DNA of 64,000 bases from Marsupella aquatica (lineage: Eukaryota > Plantae > Marchantiophyta). The position numbers and the translations under genes were made by a program. Under the pieces are notes generated by a model. The model made no database searches. It was not told the DNA's origin and saw nothing but the letters and a program-made list of their open reading frames with translations. Of the stretch, positions 26,243-38,129 are shown one piece after another; within the stretch, counting starts at the first letter, position 1; each line of letters begins with the position of its first letter. Location of the stretch: contig OZ316895.1 of assembly GCA_973895155.1 (NCBI GenBank), positions 16,968,170-17,032,169 on the forward strand, read 5' to 3'.

Positions 26243-29097
26243 TTACAATTTCCTAGCTGATCCACGACCTCTTCCTCGTCCTTTGACAGGTGGTTTAACC
26301 TTTTCAACTGACTTTAAGGCAACATTACCACCCTTGTCATGAGCAGGATCCAATCCTAGACTGATAGCAGCACCCCTTAACTTCCCCTTAGCTTGAGAGG
26401 AGCTTGTGCCATTCTTCTCCTCGGCCTTTCGCTTTTTGCTACTCCCCTTACAAGACTCAGAGCCAGGCTCAGAGTCATTAGAGACATTCTCCACCTGAGT
26501 GACCGAACCAGGTTCTGGAGCAGCACCCTTTTTGACCTTCACAATTGAGAGATTCACCTCACCCTTGGACTCCGGGGCTGAAGTCTGCATTTGAACTAGA
26601 GTAGGAACTGACTTGATGTCAACTTTTGAGACCCTCAACAACTCATGGTGTACATGTGCAGCTTTACCAACAGCCTCATGATATTCGATAGACTTCTTCA
26701 CACTTTCCTGCAGCGCAAAACAATATCCCACAATTAGCAATTGACCAATATCCCCGCTAATACCAATGTACGACAAAGCCAGATCATACTATGCCAACAA
26801 CTCGAGTGACCAGGTTTAGTGATATACCTTTGAATATAACTTGGTCACTTTCTTATGCTTCAAGGCTTGATTCTCCCTCCTTCCCTTTAAATTCAAGGCA
26901 TTCTTGCAATACAGATCACTAAGGCTCTTTTGAAAAGAGATAGATTGTTCTTCCAAACCCCAATCATCTGCTAGCTTCACTACATCTGGATGGTCCACTC
27001 GGGATGAACCCCAGCACTTCAGCCAGGCTGGATGAAACACTTCAGCACAGGCTAAACACTTAGGAGGTTTATTGTCACCGTTTCGAAGCAACGGGAACAA
27101 ACAACTTGGATGATAGCAATGTCCACATGATGTGGGAATCCAATTGTTACAAAAGAAGCCAAGAGAGCAAACAGGGCATTCGCTTATGGGAAAATAAGCC
27201 TCCTCTGTCTGCGCAGGACAAATGATACTAATAGGGCATACATAAATTGCATGAGAGGTATTCAAGTGCTCCTTTAGTCTTGCGCACTCTAGATTGAGAG
27301 CATCATAGGACTTTGTCAATTTGTATGCTGTATGATCTAGCTTGTGCAAGGTCTGTTTCCCATACTCCTGTTCCTCATCCAACTTATTCAACTCTTTCAT
27401 AAGAACTTGAGCATCTGCGACTACATCAATGCGCTTCTGCTTTGAAGCAGCCAAGTTTGCTTGTAGTATATTTGTTTCATTGCAACACGAGACATATTTT
27501 TCTCGCAACCCTTTGCAAAGTGCTTGCACAAGTCCCGGCCAACACAACAGGATTGTTATAAGCAACTGAAAATCACATTCAACAAAGATAATATGAAAAC
27601 AAATGTAGCTTTAAACAAAATGAGATCATTTACCTCGTCTTCAGAATGCTCTTCGTCAGGATCTTGCAGCAGTTCAAGATCCTCAGATACTTGAGCTTGC
27701 TCTTTGACCTGAGCATGGATGCGTCGCTGTACGTCGTGGATGATATTAGTGAGTTCATTCTTTTGCACTTTCAACGTTGACAATGTCGTTTGAATTGAGT
27801 TGATTCGATCAGTAGCCTCATTCTGAGCTGCTGTGAATTGAATGGCATCTTGTGTAGACTTCTGCATTTCAGGGCCAAGCTCTGCAAGACTAGCCTCCAC
27901 TACCTCCAACATTGTTTCAAGAAGTGTATTCTTCTGGTGTGGAACTGGCGTGCCAGTAGTGACTCCAGTGCAAAGTTTTTTGGTTTGAGCTTCTGGAAAA
28001 CCTATGAAACTATTTTCTGGTGACATTTCATGATTCGGACCACCTACCTGAGAAAGGGACTCACCTTGCTCTTGCTCATTTGCCTCTAGTCCTAACACCG
28101 TACCTGGAGATATTGTATCTTGCTGCAATTGGTTCATGTTTTGCAGGAAGTTTTGACTACTCGAATGAGGACCCGAGGCTTCGGGTGACTTGAGCTCTAG
28201 GTTTGCCGGTTTCTCCTCCCCAGGTGATTCACAATGTGCTCCACTCGCAACGGACTGTATTCTATTGAAGAGGTCTAGAGGAGGGATATACTTTGTCTCA
28301 ATCCTCTTCCACGGTGGCGAGTTTCTATCGATTGGAGACTTCCTTACAAACCTCAACCGAAGCTGCCCTCTATGCTTGTCTGCACCACAAGCTGCCCAAT
28401 TCACAGGTCTTTTTAAGATCCGCTCATAGTACAAACCTTTGGCAACCTCCACAGTGTATGGTTGAAACTTTCCGATTCCGTCCAGCACACAGGTAAGCAT
28501 GGCGATGTCGTCGACAGGAATCCCCTTAACGCCATCCTTCTTGTAGCCGTTCTTCCCAGACTTGTTCCCAAAATACTCCTCCAACACCTCAGCGGACACG
28601 TCTTCATTTGTGAGCTCCTTCGGAATGCTTCCCACATTGGGCAAGCCAAGGACATTGTGGAAATGATCGATGTCCTTCACAAACTCATCAACTGTCCACT
28701 CTTCTGATGAGGGGACCTTTACAAGACTCTCACCGTGTGATTTCGGTGGTAGCTTGTGACTCGTGGACTTTCCAGGCATTTCAGAAGACATACCTGCTGT
28801 GTAGCTTGAGTTCTCCCAGCTGCTCGCTCCAAGCGTTGGCAACAAACTATTTGGGCGCAAACCTGCGCTATGCGACTCCGCCCGAGTCCCTTGAAAGCAC
28901 GTTACTCCAGAGTCTGACTCGTCCCTTCCAGTGCCTTGCGCCTGAATTACAACACAAGAATGTGAGTTCAATGTCATCTTATTTGAAAAGATTGAATGTG
29001 TGCCTAATGCGTGGCCTAGATCATAGAAGACATTCAATATTAAACAAGTGGGGAAGAAAACAATCAGAGCAACTTTCCGAATGTCCTCAACTTTCAA
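26243..29097 (-). CDS. Sola2-like accessory protein: PMD-like N-terminus, coiled coil, RING finger, basic C-terminus (multi-exon; start uncertain)
   Basis: Long ORFs 27556-29097, 26816-27565 and 26243-26776 joined by plausible splice sites. RING: CPVC..PTSCGHCYHPSC..CLAC. Motifs VLGLPNVG..VNWA; heptad-rich segment; C-terminal KGRGRGRG. The acceptor near 27535 looks mutated, so it may be a pseudogene. Confidence 0.7.
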
Positions 29098-29904
29098 AAT
29101 TGTAGCTCAGGTCTTGTAACTCTTCAATCTCCACAACGCAAACGAGAATGCAAAAAGTTCTAGAGATTCAAATGCTTGCAGCCCTCGACTAAAAGCAACT
29201 TCCTGCGCCAAAATGCAATGTCATTCCCTCCCGCATTCCCTCCCCTGCTACCTAATCAAGGATCACAATGTTGCGGTCTTCTCCAACTGGCACATTGCGC
29301 AACATTCAAACTGGAGTACGCATCGTGAAAGTTGATTCAACGCGACAAAAAGGAAATAGAAAGGAAGTGCGCACTTTGCGCCCAGGTCTCCCTTGATTGC
29401 AGGCAATGCTACGGTTTGGATCATCCTTCTAGCAGGAAGGGTCAAGATCCAACAATGCTACTCCCTCAACCACCACCATTGATCTTCATTGCCACCACGG
29501 CACGGTCCGGATTTGCTGACCTTTCTAATTTTGAAATGATAGAGGTTACGGTAGTAATGTCTTTTCGGCCCTTCCTCCCTCCAACGTGATTGTACTTGCA
29601 ACAACCTCCTCCCTCATCATTACATGACTTGTAGTACTAACTATACTATGAGCTTTGTTGTAGGGGTGGTATTAGGAGGGGTATTATTTTGCTCAAATTA
29701 GACCCCCTCTAGCTTGCTTTTGGCCGTACACTCTTGTGAATTGACGTTTTGCATGTAGGCCAGGCCATCGCATTCCCGCCCTCAGTTTTTGTGACCTATT
29801 GCATTTCACACTTTGCCACTCGTGAGTTGCACAGCCGACATTCCATTCCCTCGTGATGCGCATCGGTAAGCACTATTTGCTTTTGGTAATTTACTTTCAT
29901 TGAG

Positions 29905-30921
29905 ATGATTGTGTGGTTTATGACTTATGCAACTCTGCTGCAATATGCTGCAGAGATTGAAAAAAACCCGGCTGATCGTGAGTCCGATTCGGAGTCGTTT
30001 AGCCCTTCATTTGGTAAGCCAATGTCAATGACAACTCTGTTCGATGTGCAAGAAGCTGTAATGAGGGAGGACACTGGTTATTTGGGACCATGTAATGTCC
30101 ACGTATTGAACTTCATTGCCACGAATCCTTTCCCCAAGAAATTTGTGTATCGAGGATGTACTGAGGTCATTTCCCGAGGTCATTTCCTGAGGTCTATGTA
30201 AGATTTCAATTGAAGGCCTGAGAGGAAGTCATTGCGAGCATGATGCTTTACGGAGTGGACAGTACCGTGAGTTTTTTCATTTTGAGGTATTGTTGACGGA
30301 TGCTACCTTGCACTGTAATTCTGGCAAGCCTAGCTGCTTTGAGAGCTACAATTTGGGATGCTGCAAGAGATTTAGTCGATCTCTCTACAACTGCACTAGC
30401 TTGTATGGAACACACTTGATCAATTTCAGGTCCTCCATGATTCCATCAAGGACGCGCCATAGTGCAAAGTCAGGTTTTGGATAAATCATGGTATTTTATC
30501 TGTGCATGAGTTGGAGATTGTTGCATCAAATAGTACGTTGCCACAATCTCGTTTATGGACCCAGACACGGACTCCACAACGACAGGGGTTGCAAGGTACA
30601 CACCTATCGCCCAGCCCACGCGCTTCCACTGAGGGAGGCACCCAATCTGTTGCTACCCAATTCTACAGCACTCCAACTATGATTGTGCCCGTAGTCTCAT
30701 CCCCTGCCCCACCAATGCCAAGACAGTCACCAATAATTGATTCAAAGCCAGATTACACCACAGCTACTTCGAGTGTCGGACAAGTCTCAGACGTGGTACA
30801 GGCCGAACGCAACAATCATGGCAACGAAGAGGTCCAGCAGGGCACCATGTCATCCATTGTTCGTCGACTAACAGAAGCTTTCAGTTCATCATTGGACGTC
30901 TACTCTGGAAGGAACCGATAG
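29905..30921 (+). pseudogene. RPA1 C-terminal-like OB-fold/Zn-ribbon protein (MULE cargo), frameshifted
   Basis: Stitched frames read VHVLNF..KKFVYRGCTE..LCKIS..HCEH..FHFEVLLTDA..LRATIWDAARDLVDLS..DQFQVL..*CKVRFWINHGILSVHELE, followed by a Pro/Ser/Thr-rich tail. Colinear with 24784-25407. Confidence 0.6.
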
Positions 30922-31669
30922 TTTATATTACTGTAGGCTAATTAACATACATACATGTAGCCATTTGGCTTTTGCAAGTAGACTTGCCCAACTTACCGTG
31001 TTGCAATTGTATGCAATATGGCAAACTGATGGACGCCTGGTTCATTCACTATGTATGAGGATGGAAGGAAAGCAAAGTTTGCATTTTGAAGCAAGTTAAT
31101 GAGTGTCTCGTCCTTACATCTGAATGTGTTGCGTACATGATTCTGTCAATCATATTTGACCGTCGGTATGAAGTCCACTATATGGTGTTCAGTGTCGAGT
31201 GCCCTCTTATGCTGCGGCCGACAATTTCATGGTGTTGACTCACCATCATGTATTGAGGCCATGAAATCATCTATTCTCTGGGTATTCATAGAATTTCACA
31301 AATGGTGATATATATTGTCTTGCAATAATTTGGTTGACTCAAATCTTACGAATGAATTGCAACATACAGTGTAACTCCATGATAGCCCTTGCCCAACTAT
31401 AAGGTAATTAAGTTTCCCGCTGTGATTCATTAAACTATTCATATTTTCATTGTAGGTCTGAAGACATAATGCCGCGAACAAGGGCCCAGGTACTCACAAA
31501 TCCTTCATCATATCTTCTTTCAAACCTGGTTAATTAGCTCATGAATAGTAAATCATTCAGAGATTACAGTAATTAAATGAGGTTAGTGTAATTCAATTTA
31601 GGTTAGGGTCATTATGAACACTCACATTCTGTCACCTTTTCAATTTAGGCTGGTAAGAAAAGGCAGGCT

Positions 31670-33412
31670 ATGTGGGAACCGACTCTGCTCCACCGTCGAT
31701 TGCCACAACCCACATGTGGTGAAGCATCTCATGGGGATTCGGATGTGCAAGTCATGGCAGCACCGCCTACCTCTGACTTGTCTCCCATTCTGCCTATGCA
31801 AGGGTCCCCTATGCCAACTCTGGTTGTTGCTGTAGCAGCACCCGACTGTTGTGGGGATGGATTAACCAAGGCCTCCTCGACCATGCCTGGACCTCAACGG
31901 AGGGTCACTCTGGACCCACCACCTCCAAATCAGGATGAGTCATCTCAACCCATGGCTCTATTCTTGTCATACAAGAACCAATCTAACACTATAGCACTGG
32001 GGACCCAGCCCACGCAAGTGACTGATCTTTCCTCACTGCGGTATTTGGAGCCACAATCACAAGTCACATGCGAAGCTAAAGAGGGAGTTCATTTCTCTCG
32101 CAACGGCGGTGGCGCTGTGTGCAACATGTTGCCTTGTAAAAATTTACATTTCAAAAACCGTCGCACATACGGCTGTCAAGTTTTCAAGAAGCATGGTCTG
32201 GTCGTTGGAGGGACTCCCCGATCACTATATACACCAGACATTCTTCACGCCCCGAGGCAAAAGCGACCTGGACTGCAGTCCTTGCCAAATCACGTTGACG
32301 TGAGGGGAAGACTGAGACAAAGGTGGAGCATGGCAAAAAGAATCGTCAAGTACGTACAAGTGTCCACAATTGCGTGCAACTTTCTAAACTTCGCAAACTG
32401 AATTGTTTTGACTCCAACAAAATGCTTGTGGTGCAGGGCAATGACTCACACGAAGTTCGTCAAAAAATTTGAAGACAATCGCTCCACAAATCCCCACCAA
32501 CGGTTCCATGTCAGCTATGTTTATAATGTTCTTTGAGTTCATAATGCCAAGACTTGGCTTCCAAGTGTGGAACAGTCTTGTCAACGACCATGATTGGGAG
32601 TGCTTGCAGGCCTTGCTTTCACATTGCCCACATTCATCAACTGTATGGTCATGGACTACCTCTGCTTTGTCTCATATGGAAGATACTTCTTACGCGCACT
32701 TAGACGAGTTCCAACTTGGAAGACTCAGCCAAACAACTACAGTCATGAGGACTTTCTTTGAGCCAAGGCAGGCCGGATTTGATTGTCATTTGATTGATTA
32801 TGCCATGATGCAGTCCCGCAAACATATGTGTGATGATGCACTGAATTGGATGCAAGCCAAGCGTGACAGTCTTCTTTGGGATCAGGAACACGGGTGGGGA
32901 ATTTTTCAGACTATGGGGGACAAGGACTACAAGGTGTGGAAAGCAAATCATAAGCCACAGGTCATTCAGAGTTACGTACCCAACATGGTGGCCATGTACA
33001 AGAAAGTGCACTCTTGTACCCATGATTTTGCAATGCAGCAGGTAAGTTTTGCATTGCACACGAGGCTTAGAACATTTGTCACAATGTTAACTACAAGGAT
33101 TATGCTACTCATATTTTGACTTAGTTTGTGGCCCACTTATATACTTCAGTCGCTTTGTAATGCAAATTTGCCCAAGTGCAGGTTGAAATGGAGGCTATGT
33201 GGACTGACACCTCAGATGAGGAGCGACTTTCTGAGTCTGATGTTGAGGAGAAGGATAGTCAGCTGTGCCTAGACGAAGATGCCCATGAGTTGTTTGGAAA
33301 TTTGGGCCGCAGGGAAGTAGTTGCCCCGGCTCCGTGTACACATGCCCTGGCTCCCTCGGTGGATGGCTCTGAAAATGACTCACATAATATAGACGACACC
33401 ATCTCACCCTAA
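31670..33412 (+). CDS. MULE cargo gene of unknown function (multi-exon, possibly pseudogene)
   Basis: Consecutive ORFs 31670-32401, 32469-33119 and 33176-33412; donor CAG|GTAAGT at about 33041 and acceptor GTGCAG at about 33181; acidic tail. No recognised domain. Confidence 0.45.
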
Positions 33413-33828
33413 ACTGTGCCAGTGTTACGTGGAAGCCATTTTTGTTGTGACATTACAGGGATGCCAATTTTATGTAGCACTGTTCACTTAGGACTGATGG
33501 GCAGTTGCGTAGCTACCAGAATAATTGCACTAAATTGTAGTGAAAAAGGCATTTTTCTGGCGCCATATATGTTGGTGTCATGTAAAGTTCCAAGTGATCA
33601 ATAAAGTTGTAACAGTCTTGTGTACTTCAGTCTCGTGTACTTCTTGTCATTTGAACACCTGGCACAAATTCGTTTCAAATTCATCCCGGTGCATCATATA
33701 CAACACATGTATGATACAAAGCCTTATTTGAACCCCACCAAGAAATGTGTGTGAACTGAACTCAAGTCACTGAGAAGCCCATGTGTATAATTTTTAATAA
33801 TTCCAATTGTCCACAATGATAGATGTCA

Positions 33829-36800
33829 CTATTCATCACCGATCGATACTATGTGGTTATCTACATGCACTGTTGAATGAACGTCCATGCTCACTCCGGA
33901 CGAGAAGGCATGTAAAATATCTGGGAAAGATGGCGACATAGCCCACGTCTGGCTATTGCCTATGTGGACATTTCCAAGAATGTCCATGTTGGCCTCCGTT
34001 ACAAGTGCTTTAAGAATGCCTGATTTACCTGCTTGCGAGAGAGCGCTGCTTATTGGTAATGCTGGCGCTGCTCGGTTTTTTTTGTCTTCCCTGCCTTTGA
34101 TGCCGTGGGCTTCTTACATTTACCATTTACCGGGGTATTGCTGTGATCTGTAATTGCTTCGCACATCTCAACCAGCGCTTCTATTGATTCCATGTCAAAT
34201 TTTGCTTGGAATGATAGAGCCTTCTCCTTTTGTTTGACCTGTAGCTTCTCTGGGATGTTGGTCCCACGCACCAAATCTTGCAGGTCCTCCTTACCGTGCG
34301 GATGTACATTTTCCTTGTTGTTATTGTCAATGTCGAGTTTCCCCTTGCGCTTGCGCCGACCCTTGGCAGCCATCATTTTGTCTACCGAACTGCATTTGGG
34401 GACGGTGGTTCTATCTGTACCCTCACGTGGAGTCAGCTCTTCATGCTTCGACTGTGGGTCTAGCATGGCAACATTTTGTTGTGCCTCTCTTACAAAAAGC
34501 GACTCCATCCAATGCTTCAACTCAATCAAGCCTTGTTTGGCAAGGGTTGGGTGATATGAGATTCACTTGTAACATGCCGATAGCACTACTTGGTAGTCTT
34601 CCAAGGGCGGTGAACACATGAATTGCCTGGGAAGCCTCTTCCTCTGGTGCCTCCCACATATCCTTGCCAACATATGTGAGGGTGATGTTCGCAACCTCAG
34701 TCACCAATTTCGGGGCTTCCCCATGGGCTACATTGAAATGTGCGTAAAGCCCACTAGAGAATGATCCCATTTTGGTTCCCAATTGATGGAGAACTTCCAT
34801 CTTAGTCATCTTCTGTGTGACCAACAATACTTTGATCTGCACATAATAACATAGCGGAATGTTACGAATAGAATAGAAATGCCTTTCATGCAAAAAACAG
34901 TTCGTCATTGCTTCTCAAGAACAGGCAACAGTGGAATTGTAATAACCTGGTGCTTGCAAGCGTTTCCTTGTAGTGAATAGCCACATGTACACTGACAACT
35001 GTCTTTGTCCCAGTCAGTTACGAGGTGTTCCTTAATTAGTGCCTGGATTGTTTGAGGAGGTGCTACGAACGCATGCACATTGCGCCAGCCCACAGTCAAA
35101 TGTTTGGACGTAATCATCAGGGATTGCTTTGGCTCTATTCAGGGACTTATGCACAAGCTGCTCGATTGTTTTGTTCCTTATGTGACCCTGAAATTTTTCG
35201 GCAGCAATACACCAATAGTGATTCTCCAGCACTCTCAGACGACCAAGTAACCATGGTATGGACCGACCTGTTATGCTGTACCTACCCGCCTTGAGCTCCA
35301 TCTTCAGGGTGTGGTGCCAACGTTCGATGCCCCCGTTTGTATTCTGGTTGGCATGATGGTACCCTCTTAACTTGACTGCCCAACTACAAACCTTGGAGTG
35401 CCACTCTCGTTTGTAGTATGCCACAAAAATGGGTTGGGTGTCAACCCACCGATCCATGAAGGCTTCCAACTCTTCTGTCATATTTGTCAAGAGTCACAGA
35501 TTAGCACTATAGACAAACGTGATATACATTATTTATTCCATATGCAGGACCTGCACCACTTTGACAAATAAACAAACTCACCAGTCCCCTCGGAATACAT
35601 TATTGCTCCCAAATGTGCATTGATCTGGGCTTTGGCAAATGGGCAGAAGACTTTTGTGATTATGTTTTTAGTCCAGGCTCGTCTGACATGCCATGTGCAA
35701 AATGTAATGGGTACTTCCGGAAATACCTGTCTATACACACGAAAAATAATTCACATAGTATTTGTCAAAGATGCTGCAGACAGTGCAAATATGTTTACAG
35801 ACCACATTGATTGAAAACATGCATTGTCTATACTTGATAGCTGCTTGTTCCTCATCCGCTACATCAATAATCCAACAGGTAGGAGTCCAAGGAATATTGA
35901 GATTCAGTTCTGCTCTCCTAGCATTGACACAATCTTTCAAAGCCATCAATATTTGGCTGACTTGCAGGGCTTTATATGTTTGTAGCAGCGCAAATGCTAC
36001 CGGAATGGCATTTTGGAACTTGTCAAACACAACGGCCGTGTAGAATAAGAACTGCAATGAATTACATAGAACTTGGTAAGCAGAGGTCTAGCATTACATA
36101 CTCATATTTGAATATAATATGTGACCAACATTTGGCAAGATTTGTTTGGGCAAAAAGAGGTTGGAGAGTGTGATCCTTACACCAAAGTGATTGGTGCCAA
36201 AAGTTGCATCAAATGCCACTGGTCCTCCATGACCAAGTTGGGCAAGCTTCTTCTGCTGCCAAGGAGACGACCACATGAGAATGAAAGGCTGGTTTTCCCC
36301 TTTCATTTGTGGCTGGTATAACAAGACTTGGTCATTGTTTTGAAGGACCCACAATTTGATAGCTTGTGCTTCGTCAGAGCAATAATCTGGTTGGCGACGT
36401 CGCATAGAATCCCGAACTGTTTGCACATCTCGTGGAGTGAGCTGCATATCCCTAGACATGATGACATCAGCATCCTCGTCCGGGTGGTCTTTACGCCATC
36501 TTGTAAGAATCTCTTCAAACTGTGCATTCACAATTGCCCTTGCTGTCAAACCAGCCCTGAGGTAACGTTCTATTTAGGTTCGTAGCTTCAATGAAATTCT
36601 TGGGGCAATGTGTGCATTTGCTTCAAAGGCAGTGGAATCGTGTAGGCCATGGCAAACCAAATTTTGTCTGTCAAAATGATCTTTGCGGATCCATTTGATC
36701 AGAAGGGCCCCTGGACGATCCTCATACTTCGTAGAAGTAAATGAGCATCTGCAACCACGATGGATTGACATTCCTGATTGCATGCACAGAAAAACCCCAC

Positions 36801-37582
36801 TTGTTATACTAAATACTAAAACTCTGGATAAGGACATCTGTTGACAGAAATCACAAAACAGCCAATTTCCAATTCCAAAAATTGATTGAAGTCACCTGTT
36901 AGTGTTTTTTTCTTCAAAAAAACACCCGCCTCCTTGGATTTCAGTTTCTCAGGGACCTTGGTTGATTTCCAGCCTCGGTAATCCTCTGGACCAAAGCAAC
37001 AACAATACAAGGTTGTGGTCTTCACCAAAGGGCCCATTTTGTACAATCGGTTCTGTACCATGTGTCGAGTTGAGAATTCAGTATGGAAATTGTCTCTCAT
37101 GTTCTCACCCCATATAAAATCTGTAAGCCTACCCTCAGGAATCCAAGCATAATCATTTGTTGATCCAAACCACTCGATATCAGTGTATTCAAATTTTCCA
37201 GGAGGAGGGATCTGAATTCTATCGCATCTGGAGACTGTACAATGGCTTCTGCGTATGGGTGGGCTTTTTGTGGAAGGGAATCCGGCGCAAAATCTCCTTC
37301 CTCCTTGAAATTGAGGTCACGCACATGCTGTGAGATGCCATCGAGCGCATCTGCTACAGGCACCGATGTAGTCACCTGCAATTCATCAACGCCTTTCTCT
37401 GCACTGTGTACTTCCAGAAATTCCTTCCTATTGTCAAATGCTGACATCCTTTGTTGCAAAAAAGCACCTAACATCGGAAGAGGGCCCCCAGGGTGGGGTG
37501 AACTGGGAGCATCGCACATGGCTTGCCAGTAATCAAGTTTAGACATGACACCTGCCAAATCCAAATCCGAGTATCGATGCAC
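33829..37582 (-). pseudogene. MULE DDE transposase with SWIM zinc finger (At4g13970/At1g60560-like), decayed
   Basis: DFIWGE, YCCCFGPED, RGCRCSF..H..CHG..APRIS, AFDATFGTN (D), IIDVADEE (D), FCTWHVRRAW (CxxH), TNGGIERWHHTLK (E), SWIM CTCGYSLQGNACKH. In-frame TAA at 36574-36576; frameshifts near 37110 and 35035. Confidence 0.88.
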
Positions 37583-37799
37583 ATTTGCACGAGGTTACTG
37601 CACGTCACACAATCATACACGAACTCAATGTAAATTGTAGTGAGAAAACAATTCCATTCCTGAGTCTATTGTGCCAGAGAAATGTGCGAGGGCCTTACAT
37701 TCTGTCGATGCAATGATTTAGGGTCCGCTGTAGACTACACACGCGCCCTCGCAATCCCGCTATGGTATTCTCATTTGAAACAGTATTCCAAAATTTGAA

Positions 37800-38129
37800 A
37801 GTGTACACCCTATTTTCCATGTACATACATTGATGGGGTGGATTCGTGATCCTTTGCAAAATGTGTGAAGCGGCCCGCGAGGCAATGCCTTGGCCGGTTC
37901 ACTGCTAAATTGGCCCAAGACGGGGGGCAGGGACTTGGCAGGCGCAGCACTAGGGACAGCCAGGTTTAGGGCGCGGGACAGCAGCTGCAAGGCACCAAAG
38001 TGCTAAGGGACACACTGCCCGAAAACAAGCGCAACTGCCCAAACTACTAATCGGATGTAAAGTGTAAACACTGAGCGTAATCCGTCTAGCATCGAGCATT
38101 AATGTGCATCGATACTGGGAATCGCGGTG
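37800..38129 (-). repeat. MULE right TIR
   Basis: Inverted copy of 17581-17907 plus 29730-29732. Confidence 0.93.

Larger units (their letters stand above)
17908..29725 (+). mobile_element. Sola2-like DDD transposon, 11.8 kb, nested in the MULE TIR
   Basis: Perfect 24-bp TIR GGCCAAAAGCAAGCTAGAGGGGGT (17908-17931 / 29702-29725; about 33 bp with mismatches). GTAC duplication at 17904-17907 and 29726-29729. Removing the element restores GGGTGTACACT as seen in the right MULE TIR. Confidence 0.85.
17581..38129 (-). mobile_element. Mutator-like element (MULE), 20.5 kb including a nested insertion
   Basis: 330-bp TIRs (17581-17907 plus 29730-29732 versus 37800-38129; about 14 mismatches by manual count, mostly transitions). 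9-bp TSD AATTCAATT at 17572-17580 and 38130-38138. Internal MULE/SWIM transposase on the minus strand. Confidence 0.9.
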
